A DNA stretch of 64,000 nucleotides from Minisyncoccota bacterium (GTDB lineage Bacteria > Patescibacteriota > Minisyncoccia > 2-02-FULL-40-12 > GWA2-44-9): contig DATKOD010000003.1 of NCBI GenBank assembly GCA_035524755.1, forward strand, positions 2,206-66,205, written 5' to 3'. The notes beneath the pieces were generated by a model. It was not told the DNA's origin, did not search any database, and worked only from the letters and a program-made list of their open reading frames with translations. The translations under genes were made by a program, and so were the position numbers. Shown piece after piece: positions 55,571 through 64,000 of this stretch. Numbering within the stretch: position 1 is the stretch's first letter; every line of letters starts with the position of its first letter.

Positions 55571-56349
55571 GGTCGCAGGACGATGACGCTCCCGATGGAT
55601 TGCACATCAACTGCGGCCGACAGCCGTACGAGAGCGAACAAGGAAGCCGCCGGCAGTTCGACCGACCGGATCGTCCCGATCACGAGGCCGGCCGGCATAC
55701 CATCACTGCCGCTCGTAACGGCCGTCTGCCCTTCCTGCAACGCCTCGCCCTTGCGGACGAGATCCAGGATCAACCCCTCTTGTCCGTCGAACCGGACCAG
55801 CCCCGTCACGGACGAACCCATGACACCTGCAGCGATTTGAAGCGACGGATCGCCCACCCCGGTGACCGTTGCACGGCGCGGTGTGACATCACGCACGACA
55901 CCGACCAGTGCGCCATCGACGGATGTCGCCACATCACCGTCCGCGACCCCATCCGCGGTCCCACGGTCGATGGTGAGCTCCCGTACGCCTCCGTCCTGCG
56001 GCCAGGCGATGATACCCGCCTCGATCATCTGCCCTGCCCCACGTTCGGTCAGACCGGCGGCTGCGCGTGCCAATGCGAGTTCCCGGGTGAGCGCTTCGGT
56101 ATCGGCCTGCTGGTGCTCCAGCTCCGTGACACGGACCTGCAACGAGAGATTCTCGCGTGCGAGATCGATCCGTGTCGCGAAAATACCGATGAAGGCGTGG
56201 GCTTTGGCGGCGATACCGCTCACCGGCGCAAAGATGCGGCCGCCGTCACCGATCCACCCGGTGAGCCTTCCGGAGAACAACAGAGCGTTCCCCGCGACGA
56301 TGATCGCCAGAATGACAACGACCGCGATGAGGCGCCTGGATCTGCGCAT
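55567..56349 (-). CDS. mreC: rod shape-determining protein MreC
   Basis: 260 aa with an N-terminal TM and a coiled coil, followed by a beta-rich domain. Confidence 0.8.
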   Translation of the reverse strand: MRRSRRLIAVVVILAIIVAGNALLFSGRLTGWIGDGGRIFAPVSGIAAKAHAFIGIFATRIDLARENLSLQVRVTELEHQQADTEALTRELALARAAAGLTERGAGQMIEAGIIAWPQDGGVRELTIDRGTADGVADGDVATSVDGALVGVVRDVTPRRATVTGVGDPSLQIAAGVMGSSVTGLVRFDGQEGLILDLVRKGEALQEGQTAVTSGSDGMPAGLVIGTIRSVELPAASLFALVRLSAAVDVQSIGSVIVLRP

Positions 56350-56354
56350 AGGTA

Positions 56355-57404
56355 TCAGCGGTATTCATCGTCCGTACGGGCATGCAGGATAGGCTTCAGG
56401 CGTTCGAGGTCTTCCAGCACCAAGCCGCATCCACGCACGACCGCGGTCAGCGGATCGTCGACCGCCTGCACGAGCAACCGCGTCTCCTTGGCGATGAGCG
56501 TCGCCATGCCGCGGATGAGTGCCCCTCCGCCGGCCAGCGCGAGCGGCCGGTTGATCAGGTCGGCGGTCAGTTCCGGCGGCGTCTCTTCGATGGTCGCTTT
56601 CACCGCACGGACGATGCTACGGACGGAGCGGCTCATCGCCGACCGGATCTCTTCGGACGACACGGTCAGTTCACGGGGCAATCCGGAGACGATATCACGT
56701 CCCCGGACCGGAAGTTCGATCTCCTCGTCCAACGGCCATGCCGAACCGAGCGAGATCTTGACGTGTTCTCCCGTCGCTTCCCCGATGAGCAGGTTCTTCT
56801 CGTCCCGCAGGTAGCGGACGATGTCCTCGGTCAGTTTGTCGCCGGCGATGCGCAGCGACCGCGATGCGATGACGCCTCCCATCGAAATGACCGCGACCTC
56901 CGTGGTTCCGCCGCCGATGTCCACGATGACGTTCGGAACGGCATCCTGGATGGGCAGTCGTGCACCGACGGCGGCCGCCATCGGCTCCTCGATCAGATAT
57001 ACCTCGCGCGCACCGGCATTGTACGTCGCGTCCTGCACCGCACGTCGTTCGACTTCGGTGACGCCCGAAGGTATGCCGATGACGACGCGGGGCCGCGGCA
57101 TGATGGAAAACGTCCCGGCATGGACCGAATCGATGAAATATTTGAGCATCTGCTCGGTCACTTCGAAATCGGAGACGACGCCGTTGGACAACGGCCGCGT
57201 GACGTCGATGTATCCGGGCGTGCGCCCGATCATCCGGCGCGCGTCGGAACCGATGGCGAGGATGCGTCCGGTCTTTTTGTTGACCGCGACGATGGATGGT
57301 TCATTGATGACGATGCCGCGTCCGCGGACATATACCAGGGTATTGGCGGTACCCAGGTCGATGCCGATGTCTTTTGACCAGAAACCGAAGATGCGGTTGA
57401 GCAT
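56355..57404 (-). CDS. mreB: rod shape-determining protein MreB
   Basis: Actin-fold motifs are present: IGIDLGTANTLVYV, DIGGGTTEVAV. Confidence 0.9.
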   Translation of the reverse strand: MLNRIFGFWSKDIGIDLGTANTLVYVRGRGIVINEPSIVAVNKKTGRILAIGSDARRMIGRTPGYIDVTRPLSNGVVSDFEVTEQMLKYFIDSVHAGTFSIMPRPRVVIGIPSGVTEVERRAVQDATYNAGAREVYLIEEPMAAAVGARLPIQDAVPNVIVDIGGGTTEVAVISMGGVIASRSLRIAGDKLTEDIVRYLRDEKNLLIGEATGEHVKISLGSAWPLDEEIELPVRGRDIVSGLPRELTVSSEEIRSAMSRSVRSIVRAVKATIEETPPELTADLINRPLALAGGGALIRGMATLIAKETRLLVQAVDDPLTAVVRGCGLVLEDLERLKPILHARTDDEYR

Positions 57405-57444
57405 GACACCCAACCCTAGCAGAACACCCTGCGAGAATCAAAAG

Positions 57445-58686
57445 CTATGACAGCTCTTCCACGATTGCCGCCTCTTGGACGATGCGAGGTTTGTCTTCAG
57501 TGCGACCCTTGAGCTCCACACCGCCGGCGGCGAGCGACTTCGTACTCACCACCAAACGGACAGGGCAACCGATGAGATCGGCGTCCGCGAACTTCTCTCC
57601 CGCTGACTTATCGGAACGGTCATCGTACAGCACTTCGATGCCGGCTGCCGTCAATGCATCGTAGAGTCTGTCCGCCTCTTCTGATGCCCCTTCCAGGGCG
57701 ACCAGATGACATTTGAACGGTGCGATCGTCTCCGGCCAGACCATCCCCTTGTCGTCGGACAAGACCTCCACCACCGCTCCCATCAGCCTGCTCAACCCGA
57801 TGCCATAACTGCCCATAACGACCGGCTTCATCTCGTCACCGTCGCTCTGGTACTGAAGATCGAAGGGCTGTGAGAATTTCGTGCCGAGCGAGAAGATGTT
57901 CCCGACCTCGATCGCCTTTTTCTCCACGAGAGCCTCCTTGCTGAGCTTCAGATCCGCGATGACCTCATCGCGGTAGACCTCCTTATTGATCCCGATGCCC
58001 GCCTTCTCATCCACGTAGATGGTGTCTTCGCCCGACGGCGTGATCGTCTGGAATTCGTGCGAGAACTTGGAAAAACTTCCCCCCGAGGCGAACGTCATGA
58101 ATGTCAGATGCCCGATACCGACCCGGTCGAAGACGTTCCGGTACGCGGTCTTCATCGCCTCATAGAACACGGCGTGTTCTTCTTCCGTCCGCGAGAAGGA
58201 GTAGAGCGCCTTCCAGTAGAATTCCCGTCCCCGGAGCATGCCTGATTTGCTCCGCGCTTCGTTGCGGAAGATGTTCTTGAAGTCGTACGGATAGATCGGC
58301 AGATCTTTGTACGAGCTGACGTACTGCTTCAGGATGTTCGAATATGCCTCTTCGTTCGTGAACGACAGACCGATCTCCCCGCCGGTCTTGAGCTTGGTCT
58401 TGAACCACGTATCAACGACTTTATCGTCCCAACGGCCGGACTTCTCCCACACGTCTTTGCTCTGCAGGACGGATGTGCGCATTTCCATGCCGCCGACCCG
58501 GTTCATCTCGTCTCGGATGATGGCTTCAATCTTATTCAGGACACGCAATCCGAGCGGCAAAAACGAATACACGCCCGCCATCTCCTTGAATACGAACCCG
58601 CCGCGTATCAGAAGTTCGGCATTCCGTGAAGGCTCGTCGGCGGGCGCCTCTTTCCTTGTCTTCGTGAACAGGCGTGTGAATCGCAT
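57445..58686 (-). CDS. proS: proline--tRNA ligase, minimal form lacking the INS editing domain (413 aa)
   Basis: N-terminus AELLIRGGFVFKEMAGVYSFLPLGLRVLNKIEAIIRDEM is ProRS-like. Class II motif 2 (FRNEARSKSGMLRGREF). C-terminal class IIa anticodon-binding domain. Confidence 0.85.
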   Translation of the reverse strand: MRFTRLFTKTRKEAPADEPSRNAELLIRGGFVFKEMAGVYSFLPLGLRVLNKIEAIIRDEMNRVGGMEMRTSVLQSKDVWEKSGRWDDKVVDTWFKTKLKTGGEIGLSFTNEEAYSNILKQYVSSYKDLPIYPYDFKNIFRNEARSKSGMLRGREFYWKALYSFSRTEEEHAVFYEAMKTAYRNVFDRVGIGHLTFMTFASGGSFSKFSHEFQTITPSGEDTIYVDEKAGIGINKEVYRDEVIADLKLSKEALVEKKAIEVGNIFSLGTKFSQPFDLQYQSDGDEMKPVVMGSYGIGLSRLMGAVVEVLSDDKGMVWPETIAPFKCHLVALEGASEEADRLYDALTAAGIEVLYDDRSDKSAGEKFADADLIGCPVRLVVSTKSLAAGGVELKGRTEDKPRIVQEAAIVEELS

Positions 58687-58687
58687 A

Positions 58688-59770
58688 TCAGAAGAACTTT
58701 ACGATATCTTTGATGGTTACTGCAACCATGAGCAGGATGAGAATGACGAACCCGATGGCATTGATCGCTTCTTCGATGCGCCCGGACAGCGCCCGGCCGC
58801 GAAGTTTCTCCGCGGCGACGAGGACCAGCCGTCCGCCGTCCAGTGCCGGGAACGGGAGTATATTGAGCACCGCGAGATTGACACTGATCATCGCCACGAA
58901 CTGCATCAGATAATTGAACCCGATGCGCGCAGCTTGCCCGGTCAGCGTCGCGATGCCGACAGGGCCTGATACATCCGCACCCGTATGACCGCTGACGATG
59001 AGCGACTTCAGGATGGTCCAGTAGCCGACAAGGATGCCCCAGAACAAGATGGCGGCGGCGATGATACCGCGCCAGATCGATTCGTACCATGAGTAACGCA
59101 CGATGCCGGTCAGTGCCAACGAAATCCCGATGGGCCCCTCCGTCGGTCCCTGCGGTTGCCGCAGGTGAAGCGGCAGTTCCTCCGGACTTCCTCCGCGCAC
59201 GATATCGATGGTCGTTTCGCTCCCGGCGTGGTCATACGCATAATGCTGCACGTCTTCGGGACTGTCCGTACCGACGAACGTGGCGCCGTCACGGAACCCG
59301 GTGATGACGTCCAGGGGCTGAAGACCCGCAACGGAAGCCGGGCTGTCCGGTGCGACTTCCAGGATCTGCACTTCCTTCTGCGCCGCACGGGCCTCGGTTG
59401 CCGCATCGAAGATACCGACACGCAACCCGAGGAAATTCCCCAGCATCAACAACAGTACCGCGAACAGGAAGTTCATGAGGACCCCCGACACGACCACCGC
59501 GACCTTGGCGAAGAACGATCCGGCGCCGAAACTTCCCGGAGCGGTGCGGTGTTCGCCGTTCTCACCGAAGATACGCACGAAGCCGCCGAACGGGATGAGG
59601 TTGATGGAATAGAGCGTGCCGCCGCGCTTCCATCCGGTCAACCGCGGCGGAAATCCGAGACCGAATTCCTCCACTTTCATCCCTGCCCGCTTTGCGGCGA
59701 AAAAGTGCCCCGCCTCATGCACGAGTACGAGGATCGAGATGACGACGATGAAAATGATGACGGTCAGCAT
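58688..59770 (-). CDS. rseP: RIP metalloprotease RseP (site-2 protease, M50)
   Basis: Has HEAGHFFAAK (HExxH), a PDZ-like region and a C-terminal LDGG motif. Confidence 0.85.
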   Translation of the reverse strand: MLTVIIFIVVISILVLVHEAGHFFAAKRAGMKVEEFGLGFPPRLTGWKRGGTLYSINLIPFGGFVRIFGENGEHRTAPGSFGAGSFFAKVAVVVSGVLMNFLFAVLLLMLGNFLGLRVGIFDAATEARAAQKEVQILEVAPDSPASVAGLQPLDVITGFRDGATFVGTDSPEDVQHYAYDHAGSETTIDIVRGGSPEELPLHLRQPQGPTEGPIGISLALTGIVRYSWYESIWRGIIAAAILFWGILVGYWTILKSLIVSGHTGADVSGPVGIATLTGQAARIGFNYLMQFVAMISVNLAVLNILPFPALDGGRLVLVAAEKLRGRALSGRIEEAINAIGFVILILLMVAVTIKDIVKFF

Positions 59771-59773
59771 GCG

Positions 59774-60337
59774 CTAGGCGCTCATCAACTCGGCTTCCTT
59801 GCGCTTCTGGAGCTCGTCGAGCTTGCCGTTGTACTCATCCATGACCTTCTGGAGCGCGTCCTTTGCCTGACGGACTTCGTCTTCCCGTGCTTCCCCTTCC
59901 TTGACGGCATGCTGCACCTTCTTGAGGATCTCCTCACGCGAATGCCGCATGCGGATACGCGCCTCTTCGATCTTGGTTCCCAGCAGCTTGGTGAACTCCC
60001 TGCGGCGTTCCTCGGTCAATGATGGTACCGTCAGGCGTACGGACGTACCATCGACGACCGGTGCCAGTCCCAGCGATGAATCACGGATGGCTTTCTCGAT
60101 GGCGGCGAGCGCCTGCTTGTCCCACGGTTGGATGAGGATTTCGCGCGGGGTCGGCGTGGACACGGCGGCGACCTCCTTGATCTTCAACGATGTGCCGAGA
60201 TAATCGACGACCAGGTCGATGACCATGTCCGGGCTGGCGCGGCCGGTTCGGATCCCCGCGGCCTCGCTTTTCGCCCACTCCAGCGTCGCATCGAATTCCT
60301 TGCGCCGTTCCTTGATGAGTTCCTGGTACATCGGCAT
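59774..60337 (-). CDS. frr: ribosome recycling factor
   Basis: Start at MPMYQELIKERRKEFDATLEWAKSEAAGIRTGRASP; 187 aa in an RRF pattern. The track ORF is extended 5'. Confidence 0.85.
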   Translation of the reverse strand: MPMYQELIKERRKEFDATLEWAKSEAAGIRTGRASPDMVIDLVVDYLGTSLKIKEVAAVSTPTPREILIQPWDKQALAAIEKAIRDSSLGLAPVVDGTSVRLTVPSLTEERRREFTKLLGTKIEEARIRMRHSREEILKKVQHAVKEGEAREDEVRQAKDALQKVMDEYNGKLDELQKRKEAELMSA

Positions 60338-60344
60338 CAGTTTA

Positions 60345-61190
60345 TCATATATCCAGCAGGAAGGCTTCCAGTGCCAGACGACGGTTGAACTGCGGCTCAC
60401 GGAGGATACTGATGAGTTGTGCCAGTCCGCGCGCCACCGGCGCCAATGCGGGACGCTGTGCCAGGTGTGCATGGACCCATGTCAACCACCATTGGGCGAT
60501 GTCCGGCGCGTCCTCGTCGTCAGCGACCTTCTTGGCATACAGGAGACGCTCGGTGACACCGCCCTTCAGTGTCGCTTCCAGCGACGCGATGTGCCGGGCG
60601 ACCTTCGGAAGCTTACCCGCTTCAACGAGATTGACGGCGTATCCCGGACGGCCGGCGGCCACGACCGCCAACAGTTCGCGGTCATCCGCATCGAGCTTCA
60701 GACGGGCAAGGATCGGTTTCATACGGTCCGCCTCCAACGGCATGAAGTCCATCCGCTCACACCGGGAGCTGATGGTCGGCATGACCGCACCGGGGCGATC
60801 GGTGATGAGCAGGAATTTCGCGTATGTCGGCGGTTCTTCCAGTACCTTCAGAAGCGTATTCGCGGCCTCAGCGCCCAAACGGTCCGCATCGTCGATGACG
60901 ACCGTCTTGTACGTTCCGGCAGGACGGAAGACGACCCAGTGCTTCATGTCACGGACAGCCTCGATGGGAATGTCGTGCACGACGCCGTCCTTGTCGCGGT
61001 CCGGTGTCAGGACCATCGCGTCCGGTTCATACCCGGTCGCGATGAGGGCACGGACGACATCATCGGCGAACATCCGTTTGCCCACGCCCCCGGGTCCGGT
61101 CAACAGATATGCATGCGCCAACCGGCCCGTCGCGATGAGCCGTTCGATGAGCTCTTTCTGCCGTTCATGTCCGACGCATGACCAATCCAT
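60345..61190 (-). CDS. holB: DNA polymerase III subunit delta'
   Basis: 281 aa in a clamp-loader AAA+ pattern: AHAYLLTGPGGVGK, TISSRC. Confidence 0.8.
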   Translation of the reverse strand: MDWSCVGHERQKELIERLIATGRLAHAYLLTGPGGVGKRMFADDVVRALIATGYEPDAMVLTPDRDKDGVVHDIPIEAVRDMKHWVVFRPAGTYKTVVIDDADRLGAEAANTLLKVLEEPPTYAKFLLITDRPGAVMPTISSRCERMDFMPLEADRMKPILARLKLDADDRELLAVVAAGRPGYAVNLVEAGKLPKVARHIASLEATLKGGVTERLLYAKKVADDEDAPDIAQWWLTWVHAHLAQRPALAPVARGLAQLISILREPQFNRRLALEAFLLDI

Positions 61191-61206
61191 TCGCGAAAAC
61201 TATCAC

Positions 61207-64000
61207 TTACGGCGTCGGGAGAACAGATGCGTCAGGGGTCGGGGTGTCGCTCGGTGAAACAGCCGGGGTATCCGTCGACGTCGGTGTCGGCATCGGCGTC
61301 TCGGTGTCGGTGGGCGCCGGCGCCGGACTTTCGGTCACAATCGGCGAATCAGTCGGAGTGGGGCTTGGCGTTGGTGTCGATGAAGGAGTCGGCAGAGGCG
61401 TAGCAGTATCGACGCGCGACCGTTGCAACAGATCATTGAGCTGGTCACGGTCAATGCACACGTCTTTCACGCAGAGCTGATCGGTCTGCACGGAGCCGAA
61501 CACGCCACGCACGGTTTGGATGAGTCCGTTGTCGATCGTGATGTTCCAGAGCGACGCGAAGAGCTGTTTGATGCCGTTCATCATGGTCCCCCAGAACGAA
61601 TCGGGAGCCGGCTGGTCGTGCGCCGCGGCAAGCTGTGATTGAATGGATGTCAGGTCGAGGTACTGCTCCTGGACCGGCGCCCAGTACGACGTGTTCACGA
61701 AGGTGAGAACGGTGGCCGACGTCGATCGTTCCAGCGAGATGCCGATCGACATGCCGGGTCCGGTCTGTTTCATCGCATAGCCGGGCTTGGTCGCAGAGAC
61801 CGTGAGGTGGTCACCGGGAGAAACCGAGCCGTTCTCATCGGAAAACTTCACGGGGACACGGCCGGCCATGGCGATGGGAACGGTACCCAGGATATGCTGG
61901 ACTGCCGCTCCGGTCCGGACTTCGGAGCCGGTGATGAGCACGGCGGGATTGGTGGACACGACGCCCAGAGGTGTCCCGGACGTCATTGCACGGACGACGA
62001 ACGAAGTCTCGGCAGGATCAGGCATGACGACATCGCCGGCAGAAAGAGAGCCGTCCGATGTCGGGTATGACTCAGCATAGTCGATACAACCGGATGACGG
62101 CGTATTGACCCCGGTGCACGTAGAGAGGGCACCATGAGAAAGGATGTTGCCGCGTAATGACAAGGTGCCGCCCATGGACCAGGAGGCGACCACGACACCG
62201 CTGGTGTTCGTGACGAGCATGATGCCATGAGCGTTATTGGCGGATGAGGACGCGGGAACGGTTATGCTGAAAATACTGCCGCCGGCCAACGAGGTGGCGG
62301 AGATGCTGGCGATACTGGTCGTGGTCAGAGTGTTCGCGGCGATTTCGAGTTTTGCATCCACGTTCGCCGTTCCGATGCCGACATAACCGGAAGAAGCGAT
62401 ACGCATGACTTCGGTGAGCGAGGTCGTCGGTGCGGTTTTGAATATGATGTTGCCGCCGCCTGCCGATGAACCGCCGGAAACGCCTCCATTGATGATGATG
62501 CTCCCGCCGGAACCCACTCCACTCGAACCGGCGCCGCCCGTACCGCCTTGGATCGTGAATGCCCCGCCCGCGCCGCCGAACTTGTTGGTACCCAAGGATG
62601 AACCGCCGCCCGTGCCGGCCGTCAGCGTGAATGCCCCGCCCGCGCCGCCGGTGACGGTCGTGCTGTTGCCCGAGGTAGAGCCACCGGTGCCTGCCGTGAT
62701 GTTGACCGCACCGCCGGTACCACCCTGGATGGCCGATATACCGCTTTCGTTCGCCAGACCACCGGGACCGGCATTGAGTGTGAACGTGCCGCCATTGCCG
62801 CTGATCGCGGTAGTCCCCGCAACTGTGGTCGTACCGCCCGTACCGAGCGTGATGGTCATCGCTCCACCGTTCCCGGCGGTCACGGTCGCCGAATTTGACG
62901 CGACATTGCCACCGTTGCCTGTCGTCAGTAGAAGGGAGCCGCCCACGCGGCCAATCTTTGAACTCGTGCCGCCATTGCCCGCAGTCAATGTGAGCGTGCC
63001 ACCGACACCGCCGGTGCCGGTGCCGGAACCGTTCGTGCCCAGGATGCTGACGCCGCCGCCGTCCGATGCCGAAGCAGCCGCTGAGCTGCCGCCCGTCAGC
63101 GTGAGCAGGCCACCGTCGCCATTATCGAAATTACCGATTCCCGTGCCGATACCGGCATTGCCTGCAGCGACCGTGAATGCGCCGCCTGCGCCGCCGATAT
63201 TGGTTCCGCCCAGAGATGCACCGCCACCCGCACCTGCGCGGATCGTGATGGCGCCGCCGTTGCCTCCCGTGTTCGTGCCGGACGTGGCGGCAGCAGACGC
63301 GCCGCCGGTGCCCGCTGTCCAGGCGAACAAACTTCCGTTGCCGCTCGTGTTATTCCCCGTACCCGCAATGGCGGCATTGCCGCCCGTGCCGCCACTGATC
63401 GTGAAGTCACCACCTTTACCGCCGTTCGCGACTGCGGTCGCATTGGCACCTGGAATTCCGCCATTACCCATCGTGAACGTGATGACGCCGCCGATGCCGC
63501 CGGTCTTGGTCGTCCCAGGGCCGTTGGAACCGGTGCCGCCCAGACCGGTGGTCACGGTCAATGCACCGCCTGATGCCGATGCGATGGAGTTACCGGCGGT
63601 GAGCACGATGTTGCCGCCAGCGCGATTGAGCAGGTTCGTACCGCTATTCGCAGTTCCAGCAGTGATGGAGACCTGGCCGCCGATGCCGCCGGTGCCGGTG
63701 CTGGAGCCGTTCCGCGCGGTTATAGCAACTGCACCGCCGGCGGAACCAGATGCGGCAGCCGAGGCGCCACCTTGGAGTGTCAAGAGTCCCCCGTTCCCCC
63801 CGATGCCGTTTGCACCGATTCCGGTTCCGACGCCGCCGGTGCCTGCAGAAATCACGAAATCACCGCCTGCGCCACCGGTATTCACGCCCGTGGCGTTCGC
63901 TGCCGAGCCGCCGGTACCGGCCACCCAGTTGTAAGCGGAGCCGACACCACCGGTGTTCGAGGCGGCACCGACGCCGTTCGCCACGCCGCCGGTGCCGCCC
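61207..64000 (-). CDS. giant glycine-rich repeat surface/fibre protein, partial (N-terminus beyond window end)
   Basis: More than 925 aa in the window, and the frame stays open to position 64000. It has hundreds of GGxGGx repeats (TGGAGGAFT, GNGGAITI and similar). After the repeats comes a ~300-aa non-repetitive beta-rich domain starting ...MRIASSGYVGIGTANVDAKLEI, then a Pro/Thr-rich C-terminal tail. Confidence 0.75.
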   Translation of the reverse strand, partial: GGTGGVANGVGAASNTGGVGSAYNWVAGTGGSAANATGVNTGGAGGDFVISAGTGGVGTGIGANGIGGNGGLLTLQGGASAAASGSAGGAVAITARNGSSTGTGGIGGQVSITAGTANSGTNLLNRAGGNIVLTAGNSIASASGGALTVTTGLGGTGSNGPGTTKTGGIGGVITFTMGNGGIPGANATAVANGGKGGDFTISGGTGGNAAIAGTGNNTSGNGSLFAWTAGTGGASAAATSGTNTGGNGGAITIRAGAGGGASLGGTNIGGAGGAFTVAAGNAGIGTGIGNFDNGDGGLLTLTGGSSAAASASDGGGVSILGTNGSGTGTGGVGGTLTLTAGNGGTSSKIGRVGGSLLLTTGNGGNVASNSATVTAGNGGAMTITLGTGGTTTVAGTTAISGNGGTFTLNAGPGGLANESGISAIQGGTGGAVNITAGTGGSTSGNSTTVTGGAGGAFTLTAGTGGGSSLGTNKFGGAGGAFTIQGGTGGAGSSGVGSGGSIIINGGVSGGSSAGGGNIIFKTAPTTSLTEVMRIASSGYVGIGTANVDAKLEIAANTLTTTSIASISATSLAGGSIFSITVPASSSANNAHGIMLVTNTSGVVVASWSMGGTLSLRGNILSHGALSTCTGVNTPSSGCIDYAESYPTSDGSLSAGDVVMPDPAETSFVVRAMTSGTPLGVVSTNPAVLITGSEVRTGAAVQHILGTVPIAMAGRVPVKFSDENGSVSPGDHLTVSATKPGYAMKQTGPGMSIGISLERSTSATVLTFVNTSYWAPVQEQYLDLTSIQSQLAAAHDQPAPDSFWGTMMNGIKQLFASLWNITIDNGLIQTVRGVFGSVQTDQLCVKDVCIDRDQLNDLLQRSRVDTATPLPTPSSTPTPSPTPTDSPIVTESPAPAPTDTETPMPTPTSTDTPAVSPSDTPTPDASVLPTP

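Noticed and set aside
62405-63934. 509-aa proline-rich plus-strand ORF
   Set aside because: It is the antisense of the GGN-codon glycine repeats (GGC and GGT read as GCC and ACC, CCG and so on on the other strand). It has no start context and is embedded in the giant minus-strand gene.
1-64000. CRISPR arrays, rRNA genes, IS/transposase or integrase genes, prophage blocks
   Set aside because: No regularly spaced direct repeats, no rRNA-like conserved stretches, and no transposase- or integrase-like ORFs were seen. The only repeat-rich DNA is the coding Gly-repeat of the fibre gene and the two protein-level repeats in the lipoprotein.

Overview
This ~64 kb window is high-GC (roughly 60-65% by eye), gene-dense, and mostly transcribed on the minus strand. 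All calls come from reading the sequence and the six-frame track; no database search was possible.

The housekeeping backbone is:
- the tail of the ribosomal/rpoA cluster (infA-rpmJ-rpsM-rpsK-rpsD-rpoA, with rpoA truncated at the window start);
- four aminoacyl-tRNA synthetases (alaS, serS, lysS, proS);
- mreB-mreC-mreD-PBP2, greA, obg, rny, mnmA, dus, hup, dnaX, holB, frr, rseP and pyrD;
- five hand-parsed tRNAs: His(GTG), an Arg(TCT)-Pro(TGG)-Gly(TCC) cluster, and Gln(TTG).

Several core proteins are unusually compact: AlaRS about 536 aa, ProRS 413 aa lacking the editing insertion, DnaX 341 aa. Together with the gene content this suggests, by inference only, a reduced-genome Patescibacteria/CPR-like bacterium.

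Accessory or unusual regions:
1. A 606-aa membrane-anchored protein of unknown function sits immediately upstream of infA, where secY-adk-map normally lie.
2. A UvrD-like helicase fused to a Cys-cluster PD-(D/E)xK nuclease, divergent from a BFN-like gene.
3. A stand-alone micro-transcription unit at 20.85-21.14 kb: consensus promoter, structured leader, two coupled 17-codon ORFs (one Lys-rich), and a terminator.
4. A cell-envelope/secretion island at 21.2-27.7 kb. It holds an operon of secreted proteins including a coiled-coil lytic transglycosylase, a VirB2/TrbC-type pilin-like gene with a leaderless-type promoter, small membrane and secreted peptides with near-consensus promoters, and a DsbA-hypothetical-VKOR-DsbA disulfide-formation cassette.
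5. A 744-aa Cys-rich repeat lipoprotein in an extreme-GC segment.
6. A PAS histidine kinase plus PAS-only proteins with no response regulator in view.
7. An 809-aa membrane-anchored VirB4/HerA-like ATPase followed by two GT39 (PMT/ArnT-like) glycosyltransferases.
8. A giant glycine-rich repeat fibre protein of more than 925 aa running off the window end.

No CRISPR array, rRNA or obvious transposase was seen.

Coordinates taken from the ORF track are exact. Coordinates I derived by hand-counting (tRNAs, promoters, terminators, sub-60-aa ORFs, revised starts) should be treated as +/-2 nt.
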